The notes: generated by a model not told the origin, from the letters alone. DNA of 63,242 bases, filler included, from Collodictyon triciliatum (GCA_043381765.1; 5 parts of 5 records of this genome joined end to end with filler, not necessarily neighbours in it); one strand, 5' to 3'; positions 39,092 through 56,679 are shown, numbered from the whole stretch's first letter. Program-made: numbers and translations.

Positions 39092-40453
39092 NNNNNNNNN
39101 NNNNNNNNNNNNNNNNNNNNNNNNNNNNNNNNNNNNNNNNNNNNNNNNNNNNNNNNNNNNNNNNNNNNNNNNNNNNNNNNNNNNNNNNNNNNNNNNNNNN
39201 NNNNNNNNNNNNNNNNNNNNNNNNNNNNNNNNNNNNNNNNNNNNNNNNNNNNNNNNNNNNNNNNNNNNNNNNNNNNNNNNNNNNNNNNNNNNNNNNNNNN
39301 NNNNNNNNNNNNNNNNNNNNNNNNNNNNNNNNNNNNNNNNNNNNNNNNNNNNNNNNNNNNNNNNNNNNNNNNNNNNNNNNNNNNNNNNNNNNNNNNNNNN
39401 NNNNNNNNNNNNNNNNNNNNNNNNNNNNNNNNNNNNNNNNNNNNNNNNNNNNNNNNNNNNNNNNNNNNNNNNNNNGCTAACATGGGGCTGTGAATGACAC
39501 CAAATGCGGCGAAAAATAGAACCGTCCAAAGACATCAAACCAACCCGGCAAGTGATGCGTGTTAAACAGTAGCTCTTATCGTGGTATTTTCAATACACAA
39601 TCCAACAATATATGGACACCGCAAGGTGATAGAAACAGAAAATCATTCGAGAACTGAAAAATAGAATCAGCTTCTTTAGTCTTCCTATTTATCAAAACCA
39701 AACACACAGAAACAGACAGATTCGTTGGAGTTGGAGTTTGCGGGCGCGGAAATAGAGTTAATAACGTATCACAACCCACTGAGAATCTTCTAATAACCCT
39801 AAGAAAAATTTTAAGAGGAAGGCAGGAAGAAAGGAGGGAAATATTAGACGATATGGGATTTAGGAAAGTGTGCGGAACCATAGTCTGAAACAATTAGACA
39901 CCCATTGCAAAAAATTATGAGACGGAAGAAAAAGCAAGCAAAAAAAAAAAAAAAAGCATTAGGTTTCGAGCGTTCTTATCTCATTCACAACGATGCGCAT
40001 GTCACCCTATGATAAAGGTTAAATTATTTTCCAATCAATTGTACATGTTCATGAATGGATAATTGTATTATTTTGTACTTGGAAATTAGATAAAAGGACT
40101 TATTTTATTTTATTTTTCATTCAAAAATTAGTGTTTTCAATATAGTGACGACCTGCGATTAGATTGAAAAATACCTCTTTTTCACCGCGCACACCAAGAC
40201 GCTTTGATATCTGGTAGGTCACCTCGTTAAATGGAAATATCTTCTGAAAGTTTCCCAGACGCTCTGTGTTTGAGGAAACAAAGTTTGATGATAACGGTCG
40301 AAAAGATGGGATAGTATCAGTCTCTCTTTGCGAGCGCGAGTTTGGTGCCATGTTGAAAAGGCTTGCTCCGCTCGAGCTTCCAGCAGAAACGGGTCTTACT
40401 AATATATATTTAGCGAAGTTGCATATATGAGATAAGATGATACGGCGAGTAGC

Positions 40454-40549
<96 letters not shown>

Positions 40550-40846
40550 NNNNNNNNNNNNNNNNNNNNNNNNNNNNNNNNNNNNNNNNNNNNTTAATTA
40601 ATTAANNNNNNNNNNNNNNNNNNNNNNNNNNNNNNNNNNNNNNNNNNNNAAAAACAAAAAAACAAAAAAACAAAAAAACAAAAAAAACAAAAAAACAAAA
40701 AAACAAAAAAACAAAAAAAACAAAAAAACAAAAAACAAAAAACAAAAAAAACAAAAAACAAAAAACAAAAAACAAGGAAATAAATCGATGAAGTCGTATA
40801 CCAGAATCTGTGAGTTTTCGAGGGAAAGGCCCATCGCTTTTCTGCA

Positions 40847-40871
40847 TTTTTTTCTTTTATTCGATTCACAG
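40847..40871 (-). mobile_element. Micro-insertion element copy
   Basis: CTGTGAATCGAATAAAAGAAAAAAA flanked by perfect 8-bp TTTCTGCA (40839-40846, 40872-40879); about 65 bp upstream of the ALDH ATG. Confidence 0.6.
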
Positions 40872-40937
40872 TTTCTGCAGTAGAATTTAATTATGTTGAG
40901 TTCTAAGCCATACTGTTTAGTGCACCCAGAAAGAGTT

Positions 40938-43900
40938 ATGTCAAGAACCTCCACGGTGATTAGAAGCACGCATTTGTTTGTTGCAGGCTGTTGGAAACCG
41001 TCTGGTCGCTCCATTCCGTTGATATGCCCTACTACTGAGCAAGTTTTGACACACGTCAGTGATTCATATTCGCTTCGCGTTTTTGTTAATATTCACTCTT
41101 CTTTCTCATTCTAATTCTAAGGATTCGGACTGAATGATCATGTAAAAATATCGTCAATGTTTGCTTCAGACAAAAAGAAATGCATGGGATAATGTGCTGG
41201 GAGTTAGAAAGATAACTGACATATGAATTATCGCCCATAATCACCATCGTCTGGATCAAAGGTTGATATCGGAGGTCCTCAAGATATTGATGAGGCAGTC
41301 AGAATAGCAAGGAAAACTTTTGATGTATGTTTCATATGCGTATTATAGAAGAATTACTAGTTCAATGTTGCGTAAATATGAGCATGTTAAATGGAGCACT
41401 GCGCACGACTTAAAGACACAAAAGGATTCTATTTTTCCTTTATTCGATCCAAAGACGCAAAAGAATATCTTAATCTCATCAGATTTTGCTGGAGGTAGGA
41501 CGAATGGGGACTTAATTCAGACTCTAGAAATCGCGCTAGCATCTTACGAAAAATAGGCGATTTAATTCGACGTGATCATGTTTACCTAATAAAATATATA
41601 ACCGATATGCAACATAATCAATTAAATGTGCAATATTTCGATCTTTTAAAAAGGACCTTACTTAAGGGGCTTCCTTCACATCTTGAACAGGAAAGACTCG
41701 CAATTCTGGAGCACAAGAATGTCGGAAAGCCCATGAATGAGGCCTTGTTTGATGTGAGCGAGTCGGCTTCATATTTCGACTATTATGCTGGGTTGGCAGA
41801 AAAAATTACAGAAAACGAGGAGTTGGATATTCCTGATAGTAATTTCCGAACAAGTGTCGTATGCGAGCCTGTTGGGGTGGTATGAGAATATTGAAGGACA
41901 GTTTTCATACGCTACTTAATGCTAATTGACCTTTTTTTTTTTAAAAAAAAAGGTAGCTGCAATCACTCCTTGGAACTATCCGCTCTTAATGGTATTTAAT
42001 TCTAGACCGTCTTTTATCAAATTAACACCGCAACAGATATTCTTTGGATTTTTTATCTGATATCTATGTTTAAATTACAAAAAAAGGCTTCCCAAAAAGT
42101 CGCCGCTGCTGTTGCTGCGGGTTGTACAGTTGTATTGAAGCCATCTGAGATTACACCCTTAACAAGTTTGGAGCTCGGAGGTTTATGCAAAGAAGCGGGA
42201 TTGCCTGACGGAGTCCTCAATGTTGTACCGGGTTATTGCCATTTCGTGATTGGCATTCGCCTCCATGACTTTATTTTGAAAATTCTTCTAAAAAAATGGA
42301 CGGTTTCTCATGTATTCTAGGAATGTCTGACGCAGGCGCGGCGCTTGTTTCTAATCCAGGGGTAGACAAAATATCCTTCACAGGGAGCGAAAAAACAGGA
42401 TCTTGGATTATGAACGAAGCATCGAAAAGAATATGGTTGCTATAAATATGATTATATACTTCCAAGTATAAAATATGAAACACTTTTTTAAAAGAAAATT
42501 AGAATATGCAAGATTTCAAACATTAACTGAATCTTTTTCTTTGATTTTCGTCTTATTTTTCATGATTGCTAAACCATGTGCCCAAATTTACCTCTTGATT
42601 TGTATGGTACACTCAATAGCAAGATTTCCCTCGAACTGGGAGGCAAGTCCCCTATGATTATCTTCCCCGACGCCAACCTTCAAAAAGTTACAGATTGGAT
42701 GATGATGGGCTTTGTCTATAACGCAGGTCACCTTTTGAATATCATTTTTAAAATTATTTTGTAGACTTTTTTTTTTATTACTGCGAGGGGTGATTATTAT
42801 AATTACACCGATGAAAACAATTATTTATACAAACAAATCAAAAAATAATGGTTGAATATTGCACAGGTCAGATTTGTAGTTCCACATCTAGAGTCTTAAT
42901 CCACAGCGACGTATACGAAGAGGTTTGTATCCCGCGCAAACTCTTTGTATACATTTTTCAAGAGAAAATTAAATGCTGTGCTTGCTGCTCATTACTTTTT
43001 GCTATTATTTCAGGTCATTAATAATCTCGTCAAAAAGCTGAAGGACCTTCATGTTGGTCCAGTTCCTGATGGTTTCAATAGCGCCTCCATGGGCCCGCTC
43101 GTGAGCCGTAATCAATATGACAGAGTGCGTGATTTTAAAATAAGCAGGCATATACTTTCTCATCCACAGATATGCGATATGCATTTTCCTATGAACATTT
43201 ATGTTCTTTGTTGCCTGTTAAATTGCATAAACTAGATTCCACATAGCTTTTCTTTGGAAAGTAAATTCTCTTCTCTTCAACTGTCATCTAGGTTATGCAA
43301 TTCATATATCGAGCACGTGAAGAAGGAATTCCGATGGTGTGTGGCGGTGACCGTCCTGTGGGTGTGGACAATGGTTACTTTGTCAATCCTACTGTTTTTA
43401 GGGACGTCCCTTTGGACGCCGAAATATGGAAGGAGGAAGTAAATAAAAAAAAAAGGGTTATTTTTGTCGCTTTCCCTGCTGGGCTGAGACCTACCTTATT
43501 TAGTTTACTTTTCTTGTTATTATCTTTTGCCTTGTGTGTGTTTTTTGGGGGACAGCAGGCAGATATTTATGGCGGTTGGCATTCTTCAGCCTTCTACATA
43601 TTCCTTATTTTCTATTCGTGCCATCAACTTATAAATCGATAACATTCTCCAGGTATTTGGCCCTGTTTTGTCTGTTCGTTCGTTTACTGCAGAGTCTGAA
43701 GCCATCGAGATTGCCAACCAATCGCGTTTCGGCCTCGCAGCATCATTAATGACAGAGAACGTGTATATTCATCCTTCTAACTACTATCTCTAGTTGTCAT
43801 CCTTCTTCCTTGTTTTCATATTCGCTACCCATCTATGAGATTCTCACAAAGGGCACTCCTTCACCTTCTTTGTTCCGTCTCTGCTCATAATTAAACGGGT

Positions 43901-44276
43901 GAGCCAATGGGTTTCGTTCGCCGCAGGCCATTCAAAATGACCTACACGCCTCAGGTCTAACGCACAGAAGATAGCCGGAAAGATTCGCTCAGGCGTTGTC
44001 TGGGTCAATTGCTCCCAGCCGGCCTTTGTTCAGGCGCCCTGGGGCGGGCGTAAAGCGTCCGGGTTCGGGAGGGAGTTGGGACGCTGGGGACTGGAGGAGT
44101 TTCAGGAGATAAAGCAGGTTTGCCTTGAACTGAGCACCCAATAACCGTGTCTTTCATATTCTCTTTTGTGATGTTATGAAAGAAAAACACGTTGTGGGTT
44201 TGTGAATTGCATCTTCTTTTGATAGGTGACCAGTTGCAAGTCCCACTTTGGTTATGGCTGGTATGACAAGAAATAA
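40938..44276 (+). CDS. Betaine/aminoaldehyde dehydrogenase (ALDH10-like), multi-exon
   Basis: [45 protein letters not shown] (catalytic Glu), [11 protein letters not shown] (catalytic Cys), [34 protein letters not shown], and C-terminal YGWY typical of ALDH10. Confidence 0.92.
41428..41450 (-). mobile_element. Micro-insertion element copy
   Basis: GGATCGAATAAAGGAAAAATAGA flanked by AAAGACACAAAAGGAT (41412-41427) and AAAGACGCAAAAGAAT (41451-41466), 14/16 identical; inside an ALDH intron. Confidence 0.65.
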
Positions 44277-44913
44277 AATTCATGAAAAGCGATGCAGTGT
44301 GACAAGTTTGTTTTTCAAAGGAGTAGAATGAATGTAACATCTTTGCTCGGATGGTGGATTTCGAAGCATACTGCTCACGCGAGCACTGTGATTTTTGTTT
44401 TGTTTTGTTTTGTTTCGTTTTGTTTCGTTTATCTTCTGGTTAGAAACGAAAAAAAAAAGTCAATTAAAAGAGTCGCAAACAAAATGGAACAGAAATTGGA
44501 GTATAATAATGGTCGGGAGGTTTGTAGTATTGCCGGGGAGTTGCTCGAGTATTAAAGAATTGATAACATGGGACAACTCTAACGGGAGGAAAGCAGGATA
44601 ATAAATCACAAACAGCTCTTTGGAAATGACAAGCGCTTTCGTTGTCTGTCTTCGAAAACGTTACAATCATCTTAAAGGATTTCCATTTCCGAGGATGGAC
44701 TGCAGCTAAAATCGCACAAGACGATGCTAATCCATCCAATATGCTAGTCAGAGACTATGAAAGAACATGTCCCGGAACAACCAGTAATTATTTTCTGTGT
44801 TGAAAAAACGATGCCAATAAATTTTATCAATCAAACAAGAAAACCGCATCATACTATATGTGCTTTGTGGCGATAAGAGCCCTTTGGTTGTTAGATATAT
44901 GCGTTACCTCAAA

Positions 44914-47112
44914 TCAATTACTGCCTTCGGCCTTCCCAGCTTCTTCTGCGTTTTGTTCCTGGGGCTTTACAGGTACTGCCTGTTCATCAGGACTTGAAGC
45001 AGCTTCGCCAGCCTTTGGCTGTAAAACAGGATGGTTCAGTGGAGATACACAATAGAGCATTAGGCAAACAAAAACTTCATGTTGCTAATTTCTTTCCAGA
45101 TTGTGTGTTTTGGTTCTTTTTTTTTTTTAATCCATACTTGTGACCGAAGGAAAATCCAGTCGTAGTAGAAATCATATGAGTACATTTCCTTCGTCATGCA
45201 ATCACGAAAAAGTTTCCGTATGTACGAGTAGTCAGGTTTGTCTTCGAATCGGAGGGACCTGCAGTAAGTTAGGAAGGTCGCAAACACATCTAAAAATGAA
45301 AAAATAGTCAAAAAAAAAAAACGAACAAATGAAAATATGTTTTGATTAACATGAAGAGAACAAAGTTGGCTTGGAAGAGGATGCACTGTCTGCAGATAAA
45401 TGCTGGGGCAACCGATCAAGAAATCTGAGCATAGTTACCTGGAATTCCTTTGCACAGAACATCCACTGGCGTTGACATCTTAACCTGACCGATTTTTTCG
45501 TATTTCTGCTGCTTTGTTCCAACGTTGAGACCTTGCCATGGGAGAACTCCTTTCATGAAGTAGACAAGAACATATCCAATAGCCTCAAGGTCGTCTCTCC
45601 GACTTTGTTCTAGAAATTAAGAGCATGAAAAGAAGCAAAGAAAAATACACGACTCACAACACTGATCATACATAATTGAACCTAGTGCATTTCAACTTAC
45701 CACAGCCCATGTGTGCATTTACGGATGCGTACCGGGCTGTTCCTGTCAAACTTTTGTTATCCTTGTAAGGAATGTGTTGGTGCGTATGTGGGTCACGATA
45801 CTTTTTGGCCAAGCCCAGGTCGATCATATAGACAATGTGGCTTCGTTTGTTGGTCCCCATGAGAAAGTTGTCTGGCTTGATGTCTCGGTGAATGAAGCAT
45901 TTGGAGTGCAGATATTCGACTCGTATTAACTAGGAGATATTAAATATTATCATACAAGATAGAGGGATAAATATATGATTCAAGGAAATACATAATTGTA
46001 TTCTGGAATTAATTCTTAGCATTGAAGAGAAATGAATAAATAGATTGCAATGCTGATTATTATATTACCAGCTGTTCGGCTAGCATTAATACAGTTTTCA
46101 AAGAGAAACGTCTCCCACAATTGTTGAAAAGGTCTTCCAGACTGGGACCAAGAAGATCCATCACCAGAAAGTTGTGCTCTGATTCAGTTCCATAAAACTT
46201 TACATACGGTATTCCAGCTGTATATTTGAATAATTTATGTGATTGAGGACACATGACTGCATAATCATACATCCATACACGATAAGGCGAGCTCTTTGAC
46301 AAATAGTTTTCTTTGCAGAGACAATTTTAATTCATTCTTCAAAAAAAAAAGAAAAAAAAAGAGAAAACTGATTATAGTTTACTTTAAGCGACTTACTTCC
46401 TCCGCTCAGTATTCGATATAGGCGATATTCGTATTCAAGCTGTGGAAAGCGAGTGTTTGATGCCTCAGCCTTGATGGCAACCTCCTCATTGGCTTCGCTC
46501 GATATCGCTGAGATAGAGATAGAAATATATGCAAAAATTAGCAGATATACATACATACAAAAAGTAAAAATAATAATAGTGTTTGCGGATATGCATGATA
46601 GATTTATCAAGTACAATACCTAAGTAAATATCACCGAATGCACCGCTTCCTATCTTCTTGATTATTTTGAATCTGTTGGCAACCTTGTAGTCGACAAGTG
46701 TCTCTGAAGGTATTCCGTCAGGCCGGTGCAACGAGGCGAGAGAAATACATCAAAGTGACCATAAGAAGAAGGGAAAGTGGGAGGGGGATAAAATGATTGC
46801 AAAGATTGAAAGAAAGAAGAAAAAAAAGGTGATTATGTAAGTTAAGCAATAATTCATACACTTTGAATCGAATAAAGGGGAAAAAAGCAATAATTCACAC
46901 AAACAAAGAGAGGAAAAATACTCTGACCGAGACTAGACTTCGAACATAGACTTGACAAGATTATCTCCACACAGGCCAATGTTTGCCCAGCAAGGCAGGA
47001 ATAAAACAACGAGAAAAGAAAGAGCGGATAGTAGAAGTAATAGTATAGAGAAGGAGTTGGAAACAAGTGCGAGAATTACTCGATCGATGTGATCCCTTCT
47101 CTGAAGCTGCAT
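44914..47112 (-). CDS. CSNK1: Casein kinase 1; 5' exon uncertain (kinase exons 44914-46703 are secure)
   Basis: [95 protein letters not shown]. Confidence 0.93.
46857..46884 (+). mobile_element. Micro-insertion element copy
   Basis: TACACTTTGAATCGAATAAAGGGGAAAA flanked by perfect 13-bp AAGCAATAATTCA (46844-46856, 46885-46897); in the putative first intron of CK1. Confidence 0.75.
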
Positions 47113-47896
47113 CTTCGCCGCCACGTGAGTTTTTCGGAGAAGCCGGAGGCCGACTCGCGCGGAACGCAAGACACCCGATTGACGAGGCTTTCTTATTTGC
47201 CGGGGCCTTTGCCCCTTGCGAGGATGCTGCAGAACCCAATTTCGTGCTTGGTGGGGGGATTGGTTGCAGGCTGCGAGTGGGCGGTCTCACAGACAACGGC
47301 CTATGCGTCGAAGGCAAATAGAGCGGGTTGTCTTAGAAGCGCTGCGGGAGAAGCCATATGTGCATTTACAGAGTCCCTGTTACGCAGCAAACACGGCTTC
47401 TGGCTTGAAGCTTGCTGCTCCGGCTCTCGGGAATAGGGCACATACACAAAAATCACATGCTTCAGGCGGCATTTTGGCGACAAGTTTGTGGCATGTGTGT
47501 GTCTGGCGCTCTTCGCAACCAGAAGGTCGCGATCTTTTTCTTTTTCTTTCTTTTTCTTCGTGCCTCTCCTACTCCGTCCCTGAATCATTGATTGATCAGT
47601 GGTGATTGTTGGCGTCCGAAGACCAGCCATAAACAGAATAGGATAAAAGCGGTTACAACGTCCAGATTTGGGTGTCTAAAACGGTTGCGGTTTGGTTTAC
47701 GGCAGTCCATTATTGGACCTTTTTCTTTAAGTGGAAAAGGGAGCAGTGTGTATGTGCACGACAATCACGCAGTAATTTATTTTTTATTCAACTCATCATT
47801 TTTTTTTTATTACGCTGGTTGTAAGATGAAAGGGGCATAGAGGGGTACGGAGAGATGCAAGACACCGTGTAGAGCTCCAGGTGCTGTGATTTGATT

Positions 47897-48154
47897 TCAT
47901 TCAAGCTGAGTCTGCTCGTCTTTGTGCACTTTCTTGTAGCATTTGAAAGAGCAAAAGTACTGTGTTACGCCAAAAGTCACATCCTTGATGCAAGGACGAC
48001 GAACGGCAGAGCAGACGTTGCATGAAACTTTTCCCTTCGCCGGCTTTGTCGATGATGACTTGTGGATGTGATGGGACTTCATCTGAATCTCTCCAAACAG
48101 GTTTCCCAGCGGGAAGCTATGGGCAGGCTGGACGCGAAGGTTATCGACGGCCAT
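47897..48154 (-). CDS. Small protein with C-terminal FCS/TRASH/MYM-type zinc finger; true 5' end unclear
   Basis: CNVC-x17-YFCSFKC-like arrangement (CxxC...FCSxxC). First in-frame ATG at 48154; the frame stays open further upstream to about 48378. Confidence 0.5.
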   Translation of the reverse strand: MAVDNLRVQPAHSFPLGNLFGEIQMKSHHIHKSSSTKPAKGKVSCNVCSAVRRPCIKDVTFGVTQYFCSFKCYKKVHKDEQTQLE

Positions 48155-48725
48155 TCCTCTGGTGCTGGGGCTGTGGGGTTCTTGAGGGGGTTGACTTGTG
48201 TCTCTAGCTCGGTTGGTGGCGGAAAACACTGAAAATCTGAATAGGTTCGGTTGTTTGGTTCTGGAGCTATCCTGGGACCTCGGGTGAGGTGGCGCGCTTT
48301 GGGTGTGGTGGTGTAGTGTCGGTGTTTCGGGGTATGTGTAAGGATATACTGCTTCTGCTTGGTTTGTATGGGGGTTTCCTCATGCTCAGTCTGATGCGGC
48401 TGCGACTTCGGCTTTGGTGCTTTGGTGCTTTGGGCTCTGATGCTTTGGGCTCTGCGTTGTGGCTAGTGTCTGTATAATCTGGTTGCCTGCCACCATGCAG
48501 AAAAGCTGCGATGTCTGTGTGGGTGCATAAATACATAGGTGCATTGCTTCCGTATAAGGCTCACTCAAATCTTGTTCCAAGAATCAATCTTTATCCAATT
48601 TCGGAATTTTAGAGTATAGCCGGTAGAAAAGGGAAGAGTGGACTGTAACAGATCTGGCAGCAGTATTTTTTTTTTTAGGGATATCTTTTCTGTTCTTCCA
48701 TCGATTAAGGAACTCGTGGGTAAGT

Positions 48726-51528
<2,803 letters not shown>

Positions 51529-51893
51529 GCCTCTTTGGACTCGAGCCGGACTACCGCAAAACAACGTGTCAACAACAGCAGAGTCAGCTGCTCAACGAAG
51601 GAAAAGAATGCGCAACTTCCCTCGAGGAATCTGAAGAGAGCACTTTGCAAAGCAGAACACCGAGAATCAAATCGGTGTGTTGATTCCCAACAAGCCAAAC
51701 AGCCTTTATTCCTTCTCTCTCTCTTTTCTTTTCTTTTCACAGCGAACAAAGCAGTCAGGGCGGGGGATGGAAGAATCATGCTTGTTCAAAACAACGAAAA
51801 GAGAAAGGGAGGAGATGAAAGGGGGAAAGACTGGAGGAGCGCATTCCCCATCACCGCACGTCGAAGCAGCTGGTTGGACACACCAACAACACT

Positions 51894-52321
51894 TTACAGC
51901 TTGGAAGAGGGCGATGCCTTGATCTCTTCATAGAGACAGGCAATGACATCGTGATAGACTTTGCGGCACGCTGGGCGAATAACCTTGAATGTGGGTGTGA
52001 TAAGGCCACGCTCCACAGAGAAGGGCTCCGGCTCGAGGTGGATGGCCTGATGAGAAGAGAAGAGCAGAGAAGAGCAGAGAAGAGAAGAGAAGAGCAGAGA
52101 AGAGAAGAGAAGAGAAAAGAGAAGAGAAGAGAAGAGAAGAGAAGAGAAGAGAAGAGAAGAGAAGAGAAGAGAAGAGAAGAGAAGAGAANNNNNNNNNNNN
52201 NNNNNNNNNNNNNNNNNNNNNNNNNNNNNNNNNNNNNNNNNNNNNNNNNNNNNNNNNNNNNNNNNNNNNNNNNNNNNNNNNNNNNNNNAAAAAAAAAAAA
52301 AAAAAGAATAAAAAAAAACAA

Positions 52322-52390
<69 letters not shown>

Positions 52391-55300
52391 AAGGCCAATA
52401 ACCTTGACAAACTCAAATCCACGGAGAGCTGCCTCTTTGCCGACGCGTGTCATGTCGTCCAGAATGACCTGACGCAGTTTCGGATTCTGGCAGAGAGCTT
52501 GGATGTTCTGGGCAGATAATTGCTTGTATTGAGCGAGGGGAGACTGCGAGCGGTGGATTCAATCAAAGTTATGCTGATATACACTTGCAGAGCGGGACAG
52601 ACCTTAGGTTCTGGGACGCCATTTGCAATAGCCCATTCTGTGACTGTTTCTGGGTCAGGCACAATAATGCCAACAAGATAGACTTCAAGAGAGTCTCCGT
52701 GAACGAAGTTTTGCATGATGTATTTGCTTCGGGCGTAGATGTTTTCAATCTTTTCTGGGGCGACATACTCACCCTGGATATTTATGTTTGTGTTACCGCT
52801 GAGCGGTTCTCATTTCACAAAAGTGCACATCGCGCACAGCATCAGCAAGAATATGACTTAAGGTATATTACAGAGAACAGATAAATGGACAAATAAATAC
52901 CTGTGCCAGCTTGAAGATGTTCTTTTTGCGGTCAATAATGGTCAGAGTACCGTTTGCGTTCCATTGACCAATGTCTCCCGAGTGGGACCAACTATATCAT
53001 CGTGTGTTTTATAAGGAATTCTAATAGAAATATGTCTCGCAATAGAAAAGGCTGGAGCTGATGGGGTGCGCTTACCCTTCCTCATCAATCGTTTCTTGGG
53101 TTACTGTCGGGTTGTTGTAGTATTGTCTGAAGATTGCTGGGCCACGGAAGCATATTTCTCCCTGGGGCGGATTGTTAGTGGACACGTAGTCCATCTCAGG
53201 GACATCAAAGAGACATATTTCGACTGAAGGGTGGATAGTTCCGACACTTCCCGCGACCAAGTCATCCAAGCGCGTGGCTGTGCCTCCAGCAGATGTCTCT
53301 GTTTGTCCATAACCTTCCTGATTGTTACGTAGTGGTTCAGAAGGAAAGAAGTACACGATTTTATGAACAAATCGCGATAGTTTGGCAGTTGGCACTATAT
53401 CGACAATATGTTGCAAGATATGCATGTACAATATAGTCAAATGACGCAAGAAGGAGGAAAATCTATTAAGAGAATAGAAGAACAGAATAGATGGGAGAAG
53501 ATATTTTGAACTATTTTGTGCTTCAAAACCCAGACCCTAACGTCACAGCCAAACACAACGCGGAAAAAGTCAAGAACGTGCCCAGCAATAGGAGCTGAGC
53601 CAGTAATCATGATGTGGACATTGCCGCCAAGAAGTGCTATACGTTATTTCGAGAGATATCACCCCATTTTGTATTTAGGAAAAGAAGGGTGAATGTGTTG
53701 ACAAAGCGCAAGTAGTTTACTGAAAGTCGGTCGAGTTCGGTATAGTCTCTAACTCACAATACCTTGAATTTTCTTGAAGATGATCTTATCCCAGTAGCTG
53801 TTGCGTGTGATATAGCCCTGGCGAAGCATGTGGAGTTTTTGTTGATAGGCATGGTCAAACAGCTTCTTCTTGATGCCACCAGCAGCCGAAAGTGCGGTGT
53901 TGATCTGTGGTATTTCCAAAAAAAAAGATTTGGATTGTGACTTTGTCAGCATATAGGCCCATAACAGGAAATGACAAGAATATTAAGGTTAATAAAGAAT
54001 GATTTCCAAACCTTGTCGTAGAGGCGGTTGAAGATGCGAGGAACACTAGCAAAAATGGATGGCCTGAGAGTGGCAATATCATCGAAAAGGAGATTGACAT
54101 CACCCTGATTCAGAAACAATGATAAGTTGCCATATTAAAACGACTTAATTATCGCATTGTCGGAAAATACACGCAAAATTTGTTTTTGAATGAAAAAGAA
54201 AGGCTTTTGTACTCACCCGGAAAAATCCAATACGCGTTCCTTCGACGATGATAGATTCTTGCACAACGCGTTCATAAACATGAGCCAGTGGAAGATACGA
54301 AATGAAACTCTCTTGTTTATCACGCTTGCTGGTAGTCAAATGGTGCTCTCCTCTGGTTGTAATATGTATCAATTTGATTTCAGCACTTAGTCGAGAGAAT
54401 TCGGATTCGAAACGATGAAAAATGACATGATCGAACAGAGGAATATAGACGTGGTTGTCATTTACGAAACCTTTCTCTGTGATAATCATCCATGAAAGCA
54501 AGCCCCGAAACAAAAGCGCATATGTTCGAGTGAGTGAGAACAACACCCTAATGATTAGATATTTGAAGTGATGATAGGGTTCAACGAATTCGGACGTATT
54601 CGAGGATGATTCACTCACAGGAGTTGAAATTTGAATACTGACCGGACAATCTTCGCGTGGTATAGAAGAGAACAGCTGATATGAATAATTTTTTTTAAAA
54701 AAAAAATAAAACCTTGGGGTTTCCTGTGGTCCCACTGGTGTAGCTGATGGTGAATACAGACTCTGGCTTTGGGGGGATATGACGATGAGGTTTTTTGCGG
54801 CCCAATTCAAGTGCGTCCTTAGTGGTGGGAGAAATTTAGGATTGTGTTCGTTAATTACAGAGTAGAATGGAAAAGTAATTGATGGTCTCAAATAAAAACC
54901 TGGTAGCTGATGATATTGAGATTGGCAGTGCCAGGTGTGGTCTCCAAGTCGGTTCCACTGTTGTGGACTTCGATGATTTGACGTAGACTGGGCATCTGGT
55001 GGATAACCTTCAAGATCTGAACAAAAAGTTGGATATTTATTTCTTTCATCACTGTGAAATAGCAAACTTTCATAAAAGTTTAACCAATAAATGTGTTCGA
55101 TTGCTTCTATGGTTTGTTTGTTTGTTTGTTTGTTTGTTTGTTTGTTTGTTTGTTTGTTTGTTTTTGGTTTCTTTTCAACAGATTGCTTCTATGGTTAAAA
55201 TCCATCAATCAAGCCGTGCCTTATTCGTGTTTTGTTTGGTGCATACGACCGTTGTGACCGATGCATCTTCCACGATGAATTGAACCGCATCAGGACCCAA

Positions 55301-56270
55301 AGTGTCGTAAAGAGCGACGGAAGTCAGCGATGCAGCATTGCATGCCTATGAGAGTATGATTATTTTAGCTTTTCATTCACCTTACAAAACCGAGAGCAGT
55401 GAAAGACAGAAAGGGAAGGCGGTGAGGAAGACAACGGTCGGTGTGCGATGCATCGAACCTGGCCAGTGATGACCCATTCTTCACAGTTTTGCATAAAGAT
55501 TCCAACTTTGTCATTGGGCTTCAGACCAAGCTCAATGAATGCCGAGGCCAGCAAATTAATTTCCTGTGAAACAGCCGCATATGACCTCCATACATAGTCA
55601 CCACGAGTGCCATCCGAAAGGTATGCACGAGTGCCGAGAAATGGTAGATTGCTGAACTTGCGGGCGGCATATTGGAACAAATCGTAGCAAGTAAAGCAGT
55701 CTGGAATGTGCGACTCGACCAGCCTGAGCGAACCGACAGAACAGAGGAATGTCTCGTTCAGTTTTTGGAAGGGTAATAGGGTATATCGATGGCAATATCA
55801 AGTCTCCAGTCAGTGGGCAAGGAAGCGTGTGGGAGAAGTTAAGGATCATATAGAAAGAAAAGGCTGGACTTGTTTGGGCTGACGATGTTTCGGTGGATGG
55901 CTCCACGGCCAGGGCGCGCGGTGTTCGGCAGAGCCTTAAAAAAAAAAAAAGAGAGAGAAAAAAAAAAGAGAAGAAAAGGCGAGGGAAACAGCGAACGTCA
56001 AAATTATGGTTAACATATTTTAAATGGCTCTGTAATACCAGGCAAGTTGCTTCAAGAAATGAACAAGAGAATAAAAGAAAAGAAATAGATGAGACAAAAG
56101 GCAGAGTCAGCAGAAGGAAAGTAAGAAAGAAGACTTACAACGCTCTGAATTGGAGGAGGGACGCGCTTGACGGCGTCTGCGGGGATTTGGTTGAGAACAA
56201 CAGAACCGGCTTTGACACCTACAAAACCCAAGGCAGCGACTCCGGCAACTCCTTTAAGAACGTCGGCCAT
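51894..56270 (-). CDS. ACSL: Long-chain fatty acyl-CoA synthetase with C-terminal PTS1 (SKL), probably peroxisomal
   Basis: [82 protein letters not shown]; final exon ends ...KASPSSKL*. Confidence 0.95.
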
Positions 56271-56434
56271 CTTGGTTGTCTGTGTCGCAAGACGAGTATT
56301 CAGGCCCAATCAAAGTACCCCTCAAATAAGATAGATACGAGGGACAAACAAGATAGCTGAGGCGTCTTCCTTTTTCTTTTTCCTTTCATTTCATCCTCTG
56401 CCTTTTAGATTGAAATAATATATAAAGAGAATTA

Positions 56435-56534
<100 letters not shown>

Positions 56535-56643
56535 TAATAGTAATAATAAAAAGTCCCATACTGCGAGCCAGTTTGCAATGCAGGCTGATCGAACATTTAC
56601 CAGCGCAAGCGAAGAGTCCACAGGAGCAGATGAAAAGGAGACA

Positions 56644-56679
56644 ACGTCAGCAACAATTGGTGACTCACAGTGTGACGCA
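56644..56679. promoter_or_regulatory. bZIP-type sites upstream of ACSL
   Basis: ACGTCA (56644-56649), AP-1 TGACTCA (56661-56667), TGACGCA (56673-56679), about 400 bp upstream of the ACSL ATG. Confidence 0.3.

Noticed and set aside
43478-43500. GGGCTGAGA in an ALDH intron resembling part of a TPP riboswitch
   Set aside because: The downstream ACCTGAT...AGCG..GG elements are missing.
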